Shown in pieces: positions 1-13,016 of a stretch of DNA of 64,000 nucleotides. How positions within the stretch are numbered: position 1 is the stretch's first letter; every line of letters begins with the position of its first letter. Source of the DNA: Eledone cirrhosa (Eukaryota); NCBI GenBank assembly GCA_964016885.1, contig OZ024742.1, forward strand, positions 75,888,001-75,952,000, in the 5' to 3' direction. The position numbers and the translations under genes were made by a program. A model generated the notes under the pieces. It worked only from the letters and a program-made list of their open reading frames with translations, had not been told where the DNA came from and did no database searches.

Positions 1-3000
1 TCACATAACTGGAATACTCCTACTGTTGGCCCTCCATGCTCACCACCAAGAAATCCAAAGAAAAAGAGAGAAAAGTGGTCAAGGGAAGATAATAAAGAAG
101 TCATTGAGGCTTTCTACACTGCCATGTACTACCCATCAAATACATCGAATACAGAACAGACATATATCAACTGGAAAAAGAAACATCCGGAAAACAGAGG
201 CTATATTGACAGTAACAAACTAGCCAATATACGAAGAAATATTGTAAGAAAAAAGTTACTAACTGATAAAGAAATTGATCAGATCAAGCTATTAGCACAA
301 AGTCAGCGAAGGAAAAATGAAACATGTGTCAGTGAAAACGAGGTAAACTGTAACACTTCGAATCCCAGGGTTGGGGCGGAATCACTCGCAACAGAACAAA
401 TTAAAGAAAGGATCGAGAAAGTGGAGGGAGTGCATGCTCAGGATGTAACTCCAAATGAAAATAATGAGATCGTAAATGATAAAGAAATAAATGAGAATGA
501 ACTTGCCAACTTGAAGGATGAAATTATGATCGAATGGATGAAAATGAAAGAATCTGACATGGGGCAACGAGACACCCTCCCTAAGATCCAGAACTCCAAA
601 CAGAACCAAAAGATAATACACAAGACTAACATAATTCTCAAAAACATTATCATCACAAACAAACTAAACATTACTGATTTAAATCATCTCTATTATGCAT
701 CGGCTAAAGTCACCACTCACTTATGTGGAGTGAAGATGAAAAAACAAAGGAATTCCCACAAGAAATCTACTTGGCAAGAGAAGATCAATCGCCAAATAAA
801 CCTTCTCCGATCTGACATAGAAATTTTAACAAACTATGAAGTAGGTGAACATGTTAAACAAACTAAACTTAGAAAATTGAAAAGAAAGTACAGTATAAAA
901 TCAACATGTGACATAGACATGCTGATAGAAATAATCAAGCAAAAAATGACGGCCAAAGCTGCTCGTATAAGGCGCTTTGAAAATCGATCAAGATTCTATA
1001 AGGACAATAATATGTTCAAAAACAACCAAAGAAACTTCTACAAAAAAATTGGTAAGTCAACAATAACTGCCAAATCAATACCACCCAAGGAGGAAGTGCA
1101 AGAATTCTGGGAAAAGATCTGGGCCGAAGAAAAATTTCATAACATACATGCCCCATGGATAGACAGACAAATGAAAGATACAGCTCACCTTCAGGAACAA
1201 ATATGGGAAAATATAACAGTTGAACAGCTACGCTTGGCTCTAAGAAAAACCAGCAAATGGAAATCCCCAGGAAAAGACAAAATACAAAACTTTTGGATAA
1301 ATGCCTTCACAGAGTCTCATGAGCTGTTAGCCCAACTTTACAATGAAATAGTTAAGGAGCCAGAAAAGATACCATCATGGCTAGTTAACGGCATTACATT
1401 CCTGCTTCCGAAGAATGATGAGACAAACAATCCCAAAAATTACAGACCGATAACTTGCTTGACCACAATGTATAAAATTTTAACATCAGTCCTAACTGAA
1501 TACACATATGACCACCTGATAACAAATGACCTATTTCCCATTGAGCAGAAAGGGTGTAAACGAGGCTCATATGGCTGTAAGGATCAGCTTCTGGTTAACA
1601 AAATGATACTGGAAGATTGTCATAATAGAGACAAAAATCTATCGATTGCTTGGATAGATTATAAAAAAGCATTCGATAGTTTGCCATACAGTTGGATTGA
1701 AAAATGTTTAGAGATTTTCAAAATATCCCCCGTTGTCAGGAGGTTTTTGTCATTCAGTATGAAGACATGGAAAACGACACTTCTTTTGAATAGTGAAACA
1801 AAATCACTCGAAGCTGGAGAAGTTAATATTAATTGTGGAATTTTTCAGGGTGACTCTTTATCACCACTTTTATTCTGCATCGCACTTATACCATTAAGTA
1901 AAATGCTCAATGAAACAAAACATGGGTATAAAGTCTATGACAAAACCATTAATCACCTGTTCTACATGGATGTCCTGAAACTATTTGCAAAAAATGATGA
2001 ACAATTGCAAGGGCTATTATCCACTGTGGAGCAGTTCAGTGATGACATTAAAATGGAGTTTGGACTGGATAAATGCGCCAAAGCAACGTTCACCAGAGGA
2101 AAGCTGCTGAAGAGTTCAGACATTAATCTTGAAGAGTTCAGACATTAAACGTGATAAGAGAACTGGATCAAGAAAAAACTTACAAATATCTAGGTGTTTG
2201 TGAAGGAGACGGAATCAAGCACTCGACAATGAGGGAAAGGGTAAGGAAGGAATGTTACCGCAGAGTAAGAGCAATCTTAAGAAAGGAATTGAATGCAAGG
2301 AATAGGATCGATGCCATAAACACGCTTGCCATACCAGTAGTAACCTACAGTTACAATGTCATCAACTGGTCAAGCACAGAGATCCGTAGGCTCGATACAA
2401 AAATTCGAAAATTCTTAGCAATGCACAGAATGCATCACCCTAAGGCAGATATAGATAGAATATATCTTCCTAGGAAAGAAGGAGGACGTGGGTTAATCCA
2501 GTTAGACATTGCGTTGAAAACTGCAACAATTGGATTATCTACATATCTAAGGGAATCACATGATTGGATGATAAAACTCGTTTTGAAACACGAAAGCATC
2601 AAAAGATCATATTCCAAAACAAAAGATGCACAAAGATACAGTAAAGGACTACAAATTTCAGAAGTCCCATTTACTGCTGAAATGGAAAACACAGAAAAAG
2701 CAAAGCAGGTAAAAGTAACTGCAAAGAAAGAACTGCTACAGAAACTGGCTAAGAAATGGCAAGAAAAGCCTCTGTATGGAAAATACCCAGAGCGAGCTAA
2801 CAATCCTGTTGTTGACAAAACTTTAACCCATCAGTGGTTGGCATCCTCTGGACTGAAATCGGAGACTGAAGGACTGATTATATCAGCACAAGATCAGTGT
2901 CTGCCAACAAAAAATTACCAAGCCAACATAATAAAAAATGGATGCAGCCCATTATGCCGTGTATGCAAAAACAACCAGAGACAATTGACCATATAATTTC

Positions 3001-3662
3001 AATGTGCAGTCCTATAGCTCCACCGAATACCTAAACAGGCAGGACAGAGATGCACAATACATACATTGGATAATGTGTAAGCATTTTGACATGCCCCATC
3101 AACAGAATTGGTGGGAGCATCAACCACCTCCCATACTGGAAAAAGGACACATCTCAATCTTGTGGAACTTTAGCATCGAAATAGACGGAAAAATAGATGC
3201 AAATAGACCTGATATAATATTGAAGGACTTTCAAGAGAGGGTATGCCTGCTAATTGATATGTCTGTTCCAATAGACAAGAATGTATCTATAAAAACATTT
3301 GAAAAATTGAGAAAGTATAAGGACCTGGAGATAGAAATTGGAAAAATGTGGAAATTGAGAACTAAAACAATACCAGTGGTTGTAGGCGCTCTGGGAATGA
3401 TACCTAAGGGGTCTAATGATTACTTATCGCAAATCCCAGGATACCCGCGTATAGGAGAAATACAAAAGATAGTACTAATGGGAACTGCCCATATACTAAT
3501 GAAGATTCTGTCAATATAAGTACATCACAAGTCTAAACACTAAAGATGCATGTGTGAATATGTATGTTCTTTCTTGAACATGGCGGACCTTGTTGTCTCT
3601 TGAGGTCACTGGTTGTGTCTTGGTGATAACTCGTATGAACATAAAGCAAGATAAATGCAACT

Positions 3663-3663
<1 letters not shown>
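1..3663 (+). mobile_element. R4/Dong-clade non-LTR retrotransposon, family 'DongA', long degenerate copy (5' end outside window)
   Basis: Frame open from base 1 (KWSREDNKEVIEAFYTA) through ORFs 124-2148, 2151-2996, 3004-3519. Motifs KSPGKD, NYRPITCL, WIDYKKAFDS, GIFQGDSLSP, YMDV (mutated YMDD), KYLG, CRVC knuckle start, RPD..LLIDMSVP endonuclease. 3' UTR ends at (TAA)10, 3664-3693. Confidence 0.93.
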
Positions 3664-3693
<30 letters not shown>

Positions 3694-3694
<1 letters not shown>

Positions 3695-4806
3695 TAGGAA
3701 GTTATTGACTATCTACAACAAGACTAGGAAGCTATTGACTATCTACAACATGTTCCACAAGAGGAGTGATGTCGATATACTCTACCTAAGGAGATCTGAG
3801 GGTGGAAGAGGTCTTATCAGCATAGAGGACTGTGTTCAGATGGAGAAAAACAACTTACACAAATACGTGACTGATAGTAAGGACCCAATGCTCAGAACTG
3901 TACTGAAAGGAGGGGACAATAGGCCAGGGGATGTCCAAGGAGGAAATAACATCAAGGAGAAAGAGCAGCCTTCCGGAAAAAACCCCTACATAGTACCTTC
4001 TTTGAGAAAACTGAATTTAGAGATCCACAGACATGGAACTGGTTGAGAAGAGGAGACCTTAAAAAGGCTACAGAAGGCATGTTAATGGCTGCCAAAGAGC
4101 AGGCCCTCAAAACGAAGTGGTTGAAACACCATATTTACAAGGAGGAGGCTAGCCCATGTGCAGGATCTGTGGAGAGAGAGAGGAGATTGTGGCACACATT
4201 GTATCCGAGTGTAAACACTTAGCCCAGACCCACTATAAGGGCTGGAGACATGATGTGATGGGCAGTCTGATCCACTGGCACCTGTGCAAAGTAAACAATT
4301 TACCACATTCTGAGAAATGGTATGAGCATAAGCCAGAGGCGGTGATGGAGAACGATCAGGTGAAGGTGCTGTGGGATTTTAGGATACAGACGGACAAGAA
4401 ACTGGAACACAATAGACCTGACCTGGTGGTTGTGGACAAAGAAAAAAGATCGTGTCTGATTGTGGATGTGGCCTGCCCATTCGATACGAGAGTGCAAGAG
4501 AAACAGAGGGTGAAAATTAACCGATACCAGGACTTAAAGTGGAAGGTAAAAAGGAATTGGAACTGCCATGAAGTCAAAGTGATCCCGATTCTCATAGGCG
4601 CACTGGGGACTATCTCCAAAACTTTCCAGGGATGGTTAAAGAAAATCGGCCCCTTCACGCCTTTTGGAACGCTTCAAAAGGCATGCTTGCTGGGAACAGC
4701 AAGAACCCTCCGATACGTCCGGAATATCTGAGGCTGCAGGTATTGGCTTGATATTCATTTCAACAAACTTTCCAGTTAACTAACATCAATGACTGAGATT
4801 CAAGGA
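3694..4806 (+). mobile_element. 5'-truncated R4/Dong element, family 'DongB'
   Basis: CRICGEREEIVAHIVSEC knuckle, HNRPDLVVVD..IVDVACP endonuclease; same 3' end (gagattcaagga) as other DongB copies, then (ATA)n 4807-4844. Confidence 0.92.
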
Positions 4807-4844
4807 ATAATAATAATATTAATAATAATGATAATAATAATAAT

Positions 4845-6084
4845 TTCACTTGAAGCTGGAGAAGTTAATATTAATTGTGGAATTTTTCAGGGTGACTCTT
4901 TATCACCGCTTTTATTCTGCATCGCATTTATACCATTAAGTAAAATGCTCAAAGAAACAAAACATGGATATAAAGTCTATGACAAAACCATTAATCACTT
5001 GTTCTACATGGATGACCTGAAACTATTTGCAAAAAATGATGAACAATTGCAAGGGCTATTATCCACTGTGGAGCAGTTCAGTGATGACATTAAAATGGAG
5101 TTTGGACTAGATGAATGCGCCAAAGCAACGTTCACCAGAGGAAAGCTGCTGAAGAGTTCAGATATTAATCTTGATCGTGGGAACGTGATAAGAGAACTTG
5201 ATCAAGAAAAAACTTACAAATATCTAGGTGTTTGTGAAGGAGACGGAATAAAGCACTCGACGATGAGGGAAAGGATAAGGAAGGAATGTTACCGCAGAGT
5301 AAGAGCAATCTTAAGAACGGAATTGAATGCAAGGAATAGGATCGATGCCATGAATACGCTTGCCATACCAGTAGTAACCTACAGTTACAATGCCATCAGC
5401 TGATCAAGCACAGAGATCCGGAGGCTCGATACAAACATTCGAAAATTCTTAAACATGCACAGAATGCATCACCCTAAGGCAGATACAGATAGAATATATC
5501 TCCCTAGGAAAGAAGGAGGGCGTGGGTTAATCCAGTTAGACATTGCAATGAAAACTGCAACAATTGGATTATCTACATATCTAAGGGAATCACATGATTG
5601 GATGATCAAACTCGTTTTGAAACACGAAAGCATCAACAGATCATATTCCATTTCAAAAGAGGGTATGCCTGCTAATTGATATGTCTGTTCCAATAGACAA
5701 GAATGTATCTATAAAAACATTTGAAAACTTGAGCAAGTATAAGGACCTGGAGATAAAAATTGGAAAAATGTGGAATTTGAGAACTAAAACAATACCAGTG
5801 GTTGTAGGCGTTCTGGGAATGATACCTAAGGGGTCTAATGATTACTTATCGCAAATCCCAGGGAACCGCGTATAGGAGAAATACAAAAGATAGTACTAAT
5901 GGGAACTGCCCATATACTAAGGAAGATTCTGTCAATATAAGTACATCACAAGTCTAAACACTAAAGATGCATGTGTGAGTATGTATGTTCTTTCTTGAAC
6001 ATGGCGGACCTTGTTGTCTCTTGAGGTCACTGGTTGTGACTTGGTGATAACTCGTATGAATATAAAGCAAGATAAATGCAACTG
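4845..6084 (+). mobile_element. 5'-truncated DongA copy with internal deletion
   Basis: Matches 1804 onward with intact YMDD; jumps about 610 bp at ~5655; same 3' UTR; (TAA)n 6085-6153. Confidence 0.92.
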
Positions 6085-6098
6085 TAATAATAATAATA

Positions 6099-6153
<55 letters not shown>

Positions 6154-6154
6154 G

Positions 6155-9100
6155 ATGTCATGTGACAGACTCTCACCCAACAGGTGCCCCCTGGCTCAGC
6201 AGCAGGAACCTGACTGTCAACCAAATACTGCTGATGTTGGAGGAAGAAGAAGAAGGAAAGGGGCCAGAACCAACTGGACGAAAGAATTGAATAGAACTGT
6301 TATGCAATGCTACCTGAAAAGTAACCCCAAGGAGAGGGGCTACAGGAGACGGATGCATAACATCTGGAACGAGATTGGTTTATTTAAATTAGATGAACAA
6401 AAATTGGCCGGGCAGGCTCGGGTAATAAGAACTAATGGGTGGATAAGCGAGCTGGAACTGGAGGAACTGAGCAGAGAGAATGGCTTGGAGATGGCGGGTG
6501 TAGTATGCCAGACAAGCGAGCCGGCGGGAAATGAAGGTGAGGAGGTCCTGAGAACGGAGGAACCACCCGAAGCAGACAATGATCTGAATACTGAGATAAA
6601 TAATACCTGGAACAGAGATACGGCCACTGAGGAGATGAATGCTGACGGGCTAGGACAAGATTCGGTTGACATCCTAAATTTAGTGGTAGATGAGTTGAAC
6701 AATGATAGTGGGAGACCTATGAACCTAAGATTTGTAGACAGGAAAAAGTTAAAAGAAACAACAGCTAAGGTAAACAAAGTCATCCCATACCTTGAGGCGA
6801 GGAGTCTTCACCAGTGCAACAATATCCTCAAAGCAACAGCAAATACGGTGAGGAAACTACTTGGTATAAAAGCGAGAGGAAACAACAGACAAGAAAGAGC
6901 AGAGCCGTGGTGGAAGAAGCGACTGAGTGGGCAAATCGAGGAAATGAGAAATGACATAGGAAAGCTTGAGTCACTACTGAATGGGACACTAAAAAACATA
7001 GGCACTAAAAATAGACTGGAAATAAAATACAAAACTAGGAGTAAAAAGCTAAATATTATCATAGAGGAATTGAAGCAACGCATTGTAGCAAAGAGTGCCA
7101 AAATCAGGCGATACGAGAAAAGAGTCAGTCAGTATAAACAGAACCGCATGTTCGACAACAACCAGAAGATGCTGTTTGGACAGCTTGAGGGGAAAGAAAG
7201 AGGCAACGACTTGATCCCTGGGGCGGAACAAGCTAAAACATTCTGGAGAGGAATATGGGAGCAGGATGTTAGACACAATGCCCAGGCAGGGTGGATTGAG
7301 ACAGTACAGAGGGAGATCGGTGAGCAGGCACAGCAACAGACTGATTTGAGTATCACAGTTGAAACTCTTAAGGGGCAAGCCAAAAAACTAACCAACTGGA
7401 AATCACCAGGCCCAGATGGTGTGCAGGGGTATTGGATTAAACATTTAACATCCCTCCACCCGAAGCTGACGGCCATGTTCAATGACTGCTTGGTGTCGGG
7501 TGAGGTGCCAGAGTGGTTGACAAAAGGTACCACAGCTCTGATAATGAAAGACCGAATCAAGGGTAATGATGTTACCAACTATAGACCTATCACATGTCTG
7601 CCCGTAATGTGGAAACTGTTGACGAGCATTGTGTCTCAGGAAATCTACCATCACCTCCACACAAACAACTTGTTGCCGAACGAACAGAAAGGATGCCGAA
7701 AGAAGTCACGTGGTACAAAGGACCAGTTGCTTATTGATAAGATGGTAATGGGGAATTGCAGGAGGAGACACACTGATCTTGCCATGGGATGGATAGACTA
7801 CAGAAAGGCATTTGACATGGTGCCTCATTCCTGGATCACCAAAAGCCTGGAGATCTTCAGGGTGGCAGATAACATCAGACAGTTGCTGGGCAGGAGTATG
7901 GGGTCCTGGGAGACAGACTTGACATCAACTGGAGTATCCTTGGGAAGCGTGACGATCAAGAGAGGTATCTTCCAGGGAGATAGCCTGTCCCCTCTGTTGT
8001 TTGTCCTTGCCCTGATGCCCTTGACCATTATGCTGCGAAAAGTGAGAGCAGGATACAAGTTGGGAAAGGGAGAGCTTACCATCAATCACCTCCTCTTCAT
8101 GGACGATCTTAAGCTCTTCGGGAAAAGTGAGAAGGAGTTGGATGTGCTTGTTGACACTGTCCGTATTTTCAGCAGTGATATATGTATGCAGTTTGGTATT
8201 GGTAAATGTGGAGTCATTGTGATGAGGAGGGGTAGGTTGAGCAGAAGTAACGGGATCCAGATACCAACAGGTGAGATGATAAAGGAAATTGACTCTGAGG
8301 AAGGATACAAGTATTTGGGCGTTCTGGAGGCTGATGGCATAAAGAACAAAAAAATGAAGGAATTGTTAAGAACTGAATACATTCGGAGAGTAAGGAGCGT
8401 ATTGAAGTCACATCTGAACAGCAGAAATGCAATAAGCGCAGTAAATTCCCGAGCTGTGTCTATTATTAGGTACAGTGCGGGAATTCTGAGATGGAATGTT
8501 GCTGAACAAAAAGAAATGGATAGGAAGACTAGGAAGCTATTGACTATCTACAACATGTTCCACAAGAGGAGTGATGTCGATAGACTCTACCTAAGGAGAT
8601 CTGAGGGTGGAAGAGGTCTTATCAGCATAGAGGACTGTGTTCAGATGGAGAAAAACAACCTATACAAATACGTGACCTATAGTAAGGAGCCAATGCTCAG
8701 AGCTGTACTGAAGGAGGGGACAGTAGGCCAGGGGATATCCAAGGAGGAAATAACATCAAGGAGGAAGAGCAGCCTTAAGGGAAAATCCCTTCATAGTACC
8801 TTCTTTGAGAAAACTGAATTTAGAGATCCACAGACATGGAACTGGTTGAGAAGAGGAGACCTCAAAAAGGCTACAGAAGGAATGCTAATGGCTGCGCAGG
8901 AGCAGGCCCTCAAAACGAAGTGGTTGAAGCACCATATCTACAAGGAGGAGGCTAGCCCACTGTGCAGGATCTGTGGAGAGAGAGAGGAGACTGTGGCTCA
9001 CATTGTGTCCGAGTGTAAACACCTAGCCCAGACCCACTATAAGGGCTGGAGACACGATGTGATGGGCAGGGTGATCCACTGGCACCTGTGCAAAGTAAAC

Positions 9101-9535
9101 AATCTACCACATTCTGAGAAATGGTATGAGCATAGGCCAGAGGCGGTGATGGAGAACAGTCACGTGAAGGTGCTGTGGGATTTTAGGATACAGACGGACA
9201 AAAAACTGGAACACAATAGACCTGACCTGGTGGTTGTGGACAAAGAAAAAAGATCGTGCCTGATTGTGGATGTGGCCTGCCCGTTCGACACGAGAGTGCA
9301 AGAGAAGGAGAGGGAGAAAATTAACCGATACCAGGACCTAAAGTGGTAGGTGAAAAGGATTTGGAACTGCCACGAAGTCAAAGTGATCCCGATTGTCATA
9401 GGCGCACTGGGGACTATCTCCAAAGGTTTCCAGGGATGGTTAAAGAAAATCGGCCCCTTCACGCTTTTTGGAACGCTTCAAAAGGCATGCTTGCTTGGAA
9501 CAGCAAGAACCCTCCGATACGACCTGAATATCTGA
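6155..9535 (+). pseudogene. Near-intact DongB polyprotein ORF (RT, CCHC, restriction-like endonuclease), about 1126 codons with one TAG at 9347
   Basis: MSCDRL start shared with copies at 13017 and 57071; FMDD, QGDSLSP, CRIC..H..EC, RPD..D; ORF 9350-9535 continues in frame; other copies have GAG or AAG at the stop. Element spans 6154-9610, tail 9611-9653. Confidence 0.93.
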
Positions 9536-9621
9536 GGCTGCAGGTAGTGGCTTGATATTCAATCCAACGGACTTTCCAGTTAACCAACATCAATGACTGA
9601 GATTCAAGGAATAACAATAAC

Positions 9622-9653
<32 letters not shown>

Positions 9654-12420
9654 GGGAGGAGGAAAGGGGCCAGAACCAACTGGACGAAAGAATTGAATAG
9701 AACTGAATAGAACTGTTATGCAATGCTACCTGAAAAGTAACCCCAAGGAGAGTGGCTACAGGAGACGGATGCATAACATCTGGAACGAGATTGGTTTATT
9801 TAAATTAGATGAACAAAAATTGGCCGGGCAGGCTCGGGTAATAAGAACTAATGGGTGGATAAGCGAGCTGGAACTGGAGGAACTGAGCAGAGAGAATGGC
9901 TTGGAGATGGCGGGTGTAGTATGCCAGACAAGCAAGCCGGTGGGAAATGAAGGTGAGGAGGTCCTGAGAACGGAGGAACAACCCGAAGCAGACAATGATC
10001 TGAGTACTGAGATAAATAATACCTGGAACAGAGATACGGCCACTGAGGAGATGAATGCTGACGGGCTAGGACAAGATTCGGTTGACATCCTAAATTTAGT
10101 GGTAGATGAATTGAACAATGATAGTGGGAGACCTATGAACCTAAGATTTGTAGACAGGAAAAAGTTAAAAGAAACAACAGCTAAGGTAAACAAAGTCATC
10201 CCATACCTTGAGGCGAGGAGCCTTCACCAGTGCAACAATATCCTCAGAGCAACAGCAAATACGGTGAGGAAACTACTTGGTATAAAAGCGAGAGGAAACA
10301 ACAGACAAGAAAGAGCAGAGCCGTGGTGGAAGAGGCGACTGAGTGGGCAAATCGGGGAAATGAGAAATGACATAGGAAAGCTTGAGTCACTACTGAATGG
10401 GACACTAAAAAACATAGGCACTAAAAATAGACTGGAAATAAAATACAAAACTAGGAGTAAAAAGCTAAATATTATCATAGAGGAATTGAAGCAACGCATT
10501 GTAGCAAAGAGTGCCAAAATCAGGCGATACGAGAACAGAGTCAGTCAGTATAAACATAACCGCATGTTCGACAACAACCAGAAGATGCTGTTTGGACAGC
10601 TTGAGGGCAAAGAAAGAGGCAACGACTTGATCCCTGGGGCGGAGCAAACTAAAACATTCTGGAGAGGAATATGGGAGCAGGATGTTAGACACAATGCCCA
10701 GGCAGGGTGGATTGAGACAGTACAGAGGGAGATCGGTGAGCAGGCACAGCAACAGACTGATTTGAGTATCACAGTTGAAACTCTTAAGGGGCAAGCCAAA
10801 AAACTAACCAACTGGAAATCACCAGGCCCAGATGGTGTGCAGGGGTATTGGATTAAACATCTAACATCCCTCCACCCGAAGCTGACGGCCATGTTCAATG
10901 AATGCTTGGTGTCGGGTGAGGTGCCAGAGTGGTTGACAAAAGGTACCACAGTTCTGATAATGAAAGACCGAATCAAGGGTAATGATGCTACCAACTATAG
11001 ACCTATCACATGTCTGCCCGTAATGTGGAAACTGTTGACGAGCATTTTGTCTGAGGAAATCTACCATCACCTCCACACAAACAACTTGTTACCGGACGAA
11101 CAGAAAGGATGCCGAAAGAAGTCACGTGGTACAAAGGACCAGTTGCTTATTGATAAGATGGTAATGGGGAATTGCAGGAGGAGACACACTGATCTTGCCA
11201 TGGGATGGATAGACTACAGAAAGGCATTTGACATGGTGCCTCATTCCTGGATCACCAAAAGCCTGGAGATCTTCAGGGTGGCGAATAACATCAGACAGTT
11301 GCTAGGCCGGAGTATGGGGTCCTGGGAGACAGAGTTGACATCAACCGGAGTATCCTTGGGAAGCGTGAAGATCAAGAGAGGTATCTTCCAGGGAGTTAGC
11401 CTGTCCCCTCTGTTGTTTGTCCTTGCCCTGATGCCCTTGACCATTATGCTGCGAAAAGTGAGAGCAGGATACAAGTTGGGAAGGGGAGAGCTTACCATCA
11501 ATCACCTCCTCTTCATGGACGATCTTAAGCTCTTCGGGAAAAGTGAGAAGGAGTTGGATGTGCTTGTTGACACTGTCCGTATTTTCAGCAGTGATATATG
11601 TATGCAGTTTGGTATTGGTAAATGTGGAGTCATTGTGATGAGGAGGGGTAGGTTGAGCAGAAGTAACGGGATCCAGATACCAACAGGTGAGATGATAAAG
11701 GAAATTGACTCTGAGGAAGGATACAAGTATTTGGGCGTTCTGGAGGCTGATGGCATAAAGAACAAAAAAATGAAGGAATTGTTAAGAACTGAATACATTC
11801 GGAGAGTAAGGAGCGTATTGAAGTCACATCTGAACAGCAGAAATGCCATAAGCGCAGTAAATTCCCGAGCTGTGTCTATTATTAGGTACAGTGCGGGAAT
11901 TCTGAGATGGAATGTTGCTGAACAGAAAGAAATGGATAGGAAGACTAGGAAGCTATTGACTATCTACAACATGTTCCACAAGAGGAGTGATGTCGATAGA
12001 CTCTACCTAAGGAGATCTGAGGGTGGAAGAGGTCTTATCAGCATAGAGGACTGTGTTCAGATGGAGAAAAACAACCTATACAAATACGTGACTTATAGTA
12101 AGGAGCCAATGCTCAGAGCTGTACTGAAGGAGGGGACAGTAGGCCAGGGGATGTCCAGGGAGGAAATAACATCAAGGAGGAAGAGCAGCCTTAAGGGAAA
12201 ACCCCTTCATAGTACCTTCTTTGAGAAAACTGAATTTAGAGATCCACAGACATGGAACTGGTTGAGAAGAGGAGACCTCAAAAAGGCTACAGAAGGAATG
12301 CTAATGGCTGCGCAGGAGCAGGCCCTCAAAACGAAGTGGTTGAATCACCATATCTACAGGGAGGAGGCCAGCCCACTGTGCAGGATCTGTGGAGAGAGAG
12401 AGGAGACTGTGGCTCACATT
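9654..12420 (+). mobile_element. DongB copy, slightly 5'-truncated and 3'-truncated inside the zinc knuckle
   Basis: ORF 9718 onward nearly identical to the preceding copy; QGVSLS instead of QGDSLS; homology stops at ETVAHI (12420). Confidence 0.92.
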
Positions 12421-13016
12421 CAACTTCAACATCATCACATCACCACCACCACTGCCTCAATATCGCTACCGCCGCTATTCTCTCCCACTACCTCCTGCTA
12501 AGTACTACTAGCACAGCACCACCACCACCACTGCCTCATTACCGCTAACGCCGCTATTCTTTCCCACTACCTCCTGCCAAGCCAGGCATCGTAGTATTCC
12601 CTTTAAAAGAAGAAGGCATCAAAATATATAAATAGACTGATTTGATGCCCCGGTCAAAACATCAAAAAAACAAAAAGGAAGATCAAAACAGCACAGCAGC
12701 AACGAAAAACTTAGAGAAAAGAGAAAAAGAATAGAAAAACAAACAGACAGAAAGACAAGAAAAAAAAAAAGTCAGACAATCAAACATTACATTACAGTGG
12801 AACTTATGCTTATTCTTTTTTTTTTGGGGGGGGGGGGCGTTACATATTTGTTTGTTTGTTTATTTATGTTCGTCTACAGCGTGATAGTGCCACACTTAAA
12901 TCACCCGGGGTGATGAAATCACCGGTGGTTATGTAACCATACGTTCACCAATCCTCGATAAGAGTGTTTAAATGTCGAACCTAAACAGTTCGAATAACGG
13001 TGAAGTGGAGACTGGA
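12421..13016 (+). repeat. Non-coding leader upstream of DongB, homologous to ~56460-57070
   Basis: Colinear similarity including internal ctgcctca..cgctattct..ccactacctcctgc duplications and gtcgaacctaaacagtt..ataacggtgaa just before the ATG. Confidence 0.8.

Noticed and set aside
6011-6154. Poly-Asn N-terminal extension of the 1112-aa ORF
   Set aside because: It is the DongA 3' UTR plus the TAA tract read in frame by chance; other copies start at MSCD. The poly-Ile start of ORF 4789 has the same cause.
9347-9349. Programmed stop-codon readthrough
   Set aside because: Other copies have GAG/AAG here; a nonsense mutation or sequencing error is simpler.
6173-11849. Many minus-strand ORFs recurring in DongB copies
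   Set aside because: Antisense shadows of the coding strand with no motifs; they recur only because the copies are near-identical.
12880-13016. HDV-like ribozyme upstream of DongB
   Set aside because: P2- and P4-like stems are visible, but I find no GG for P1.1 and no catalytic C in the J4/2 position.
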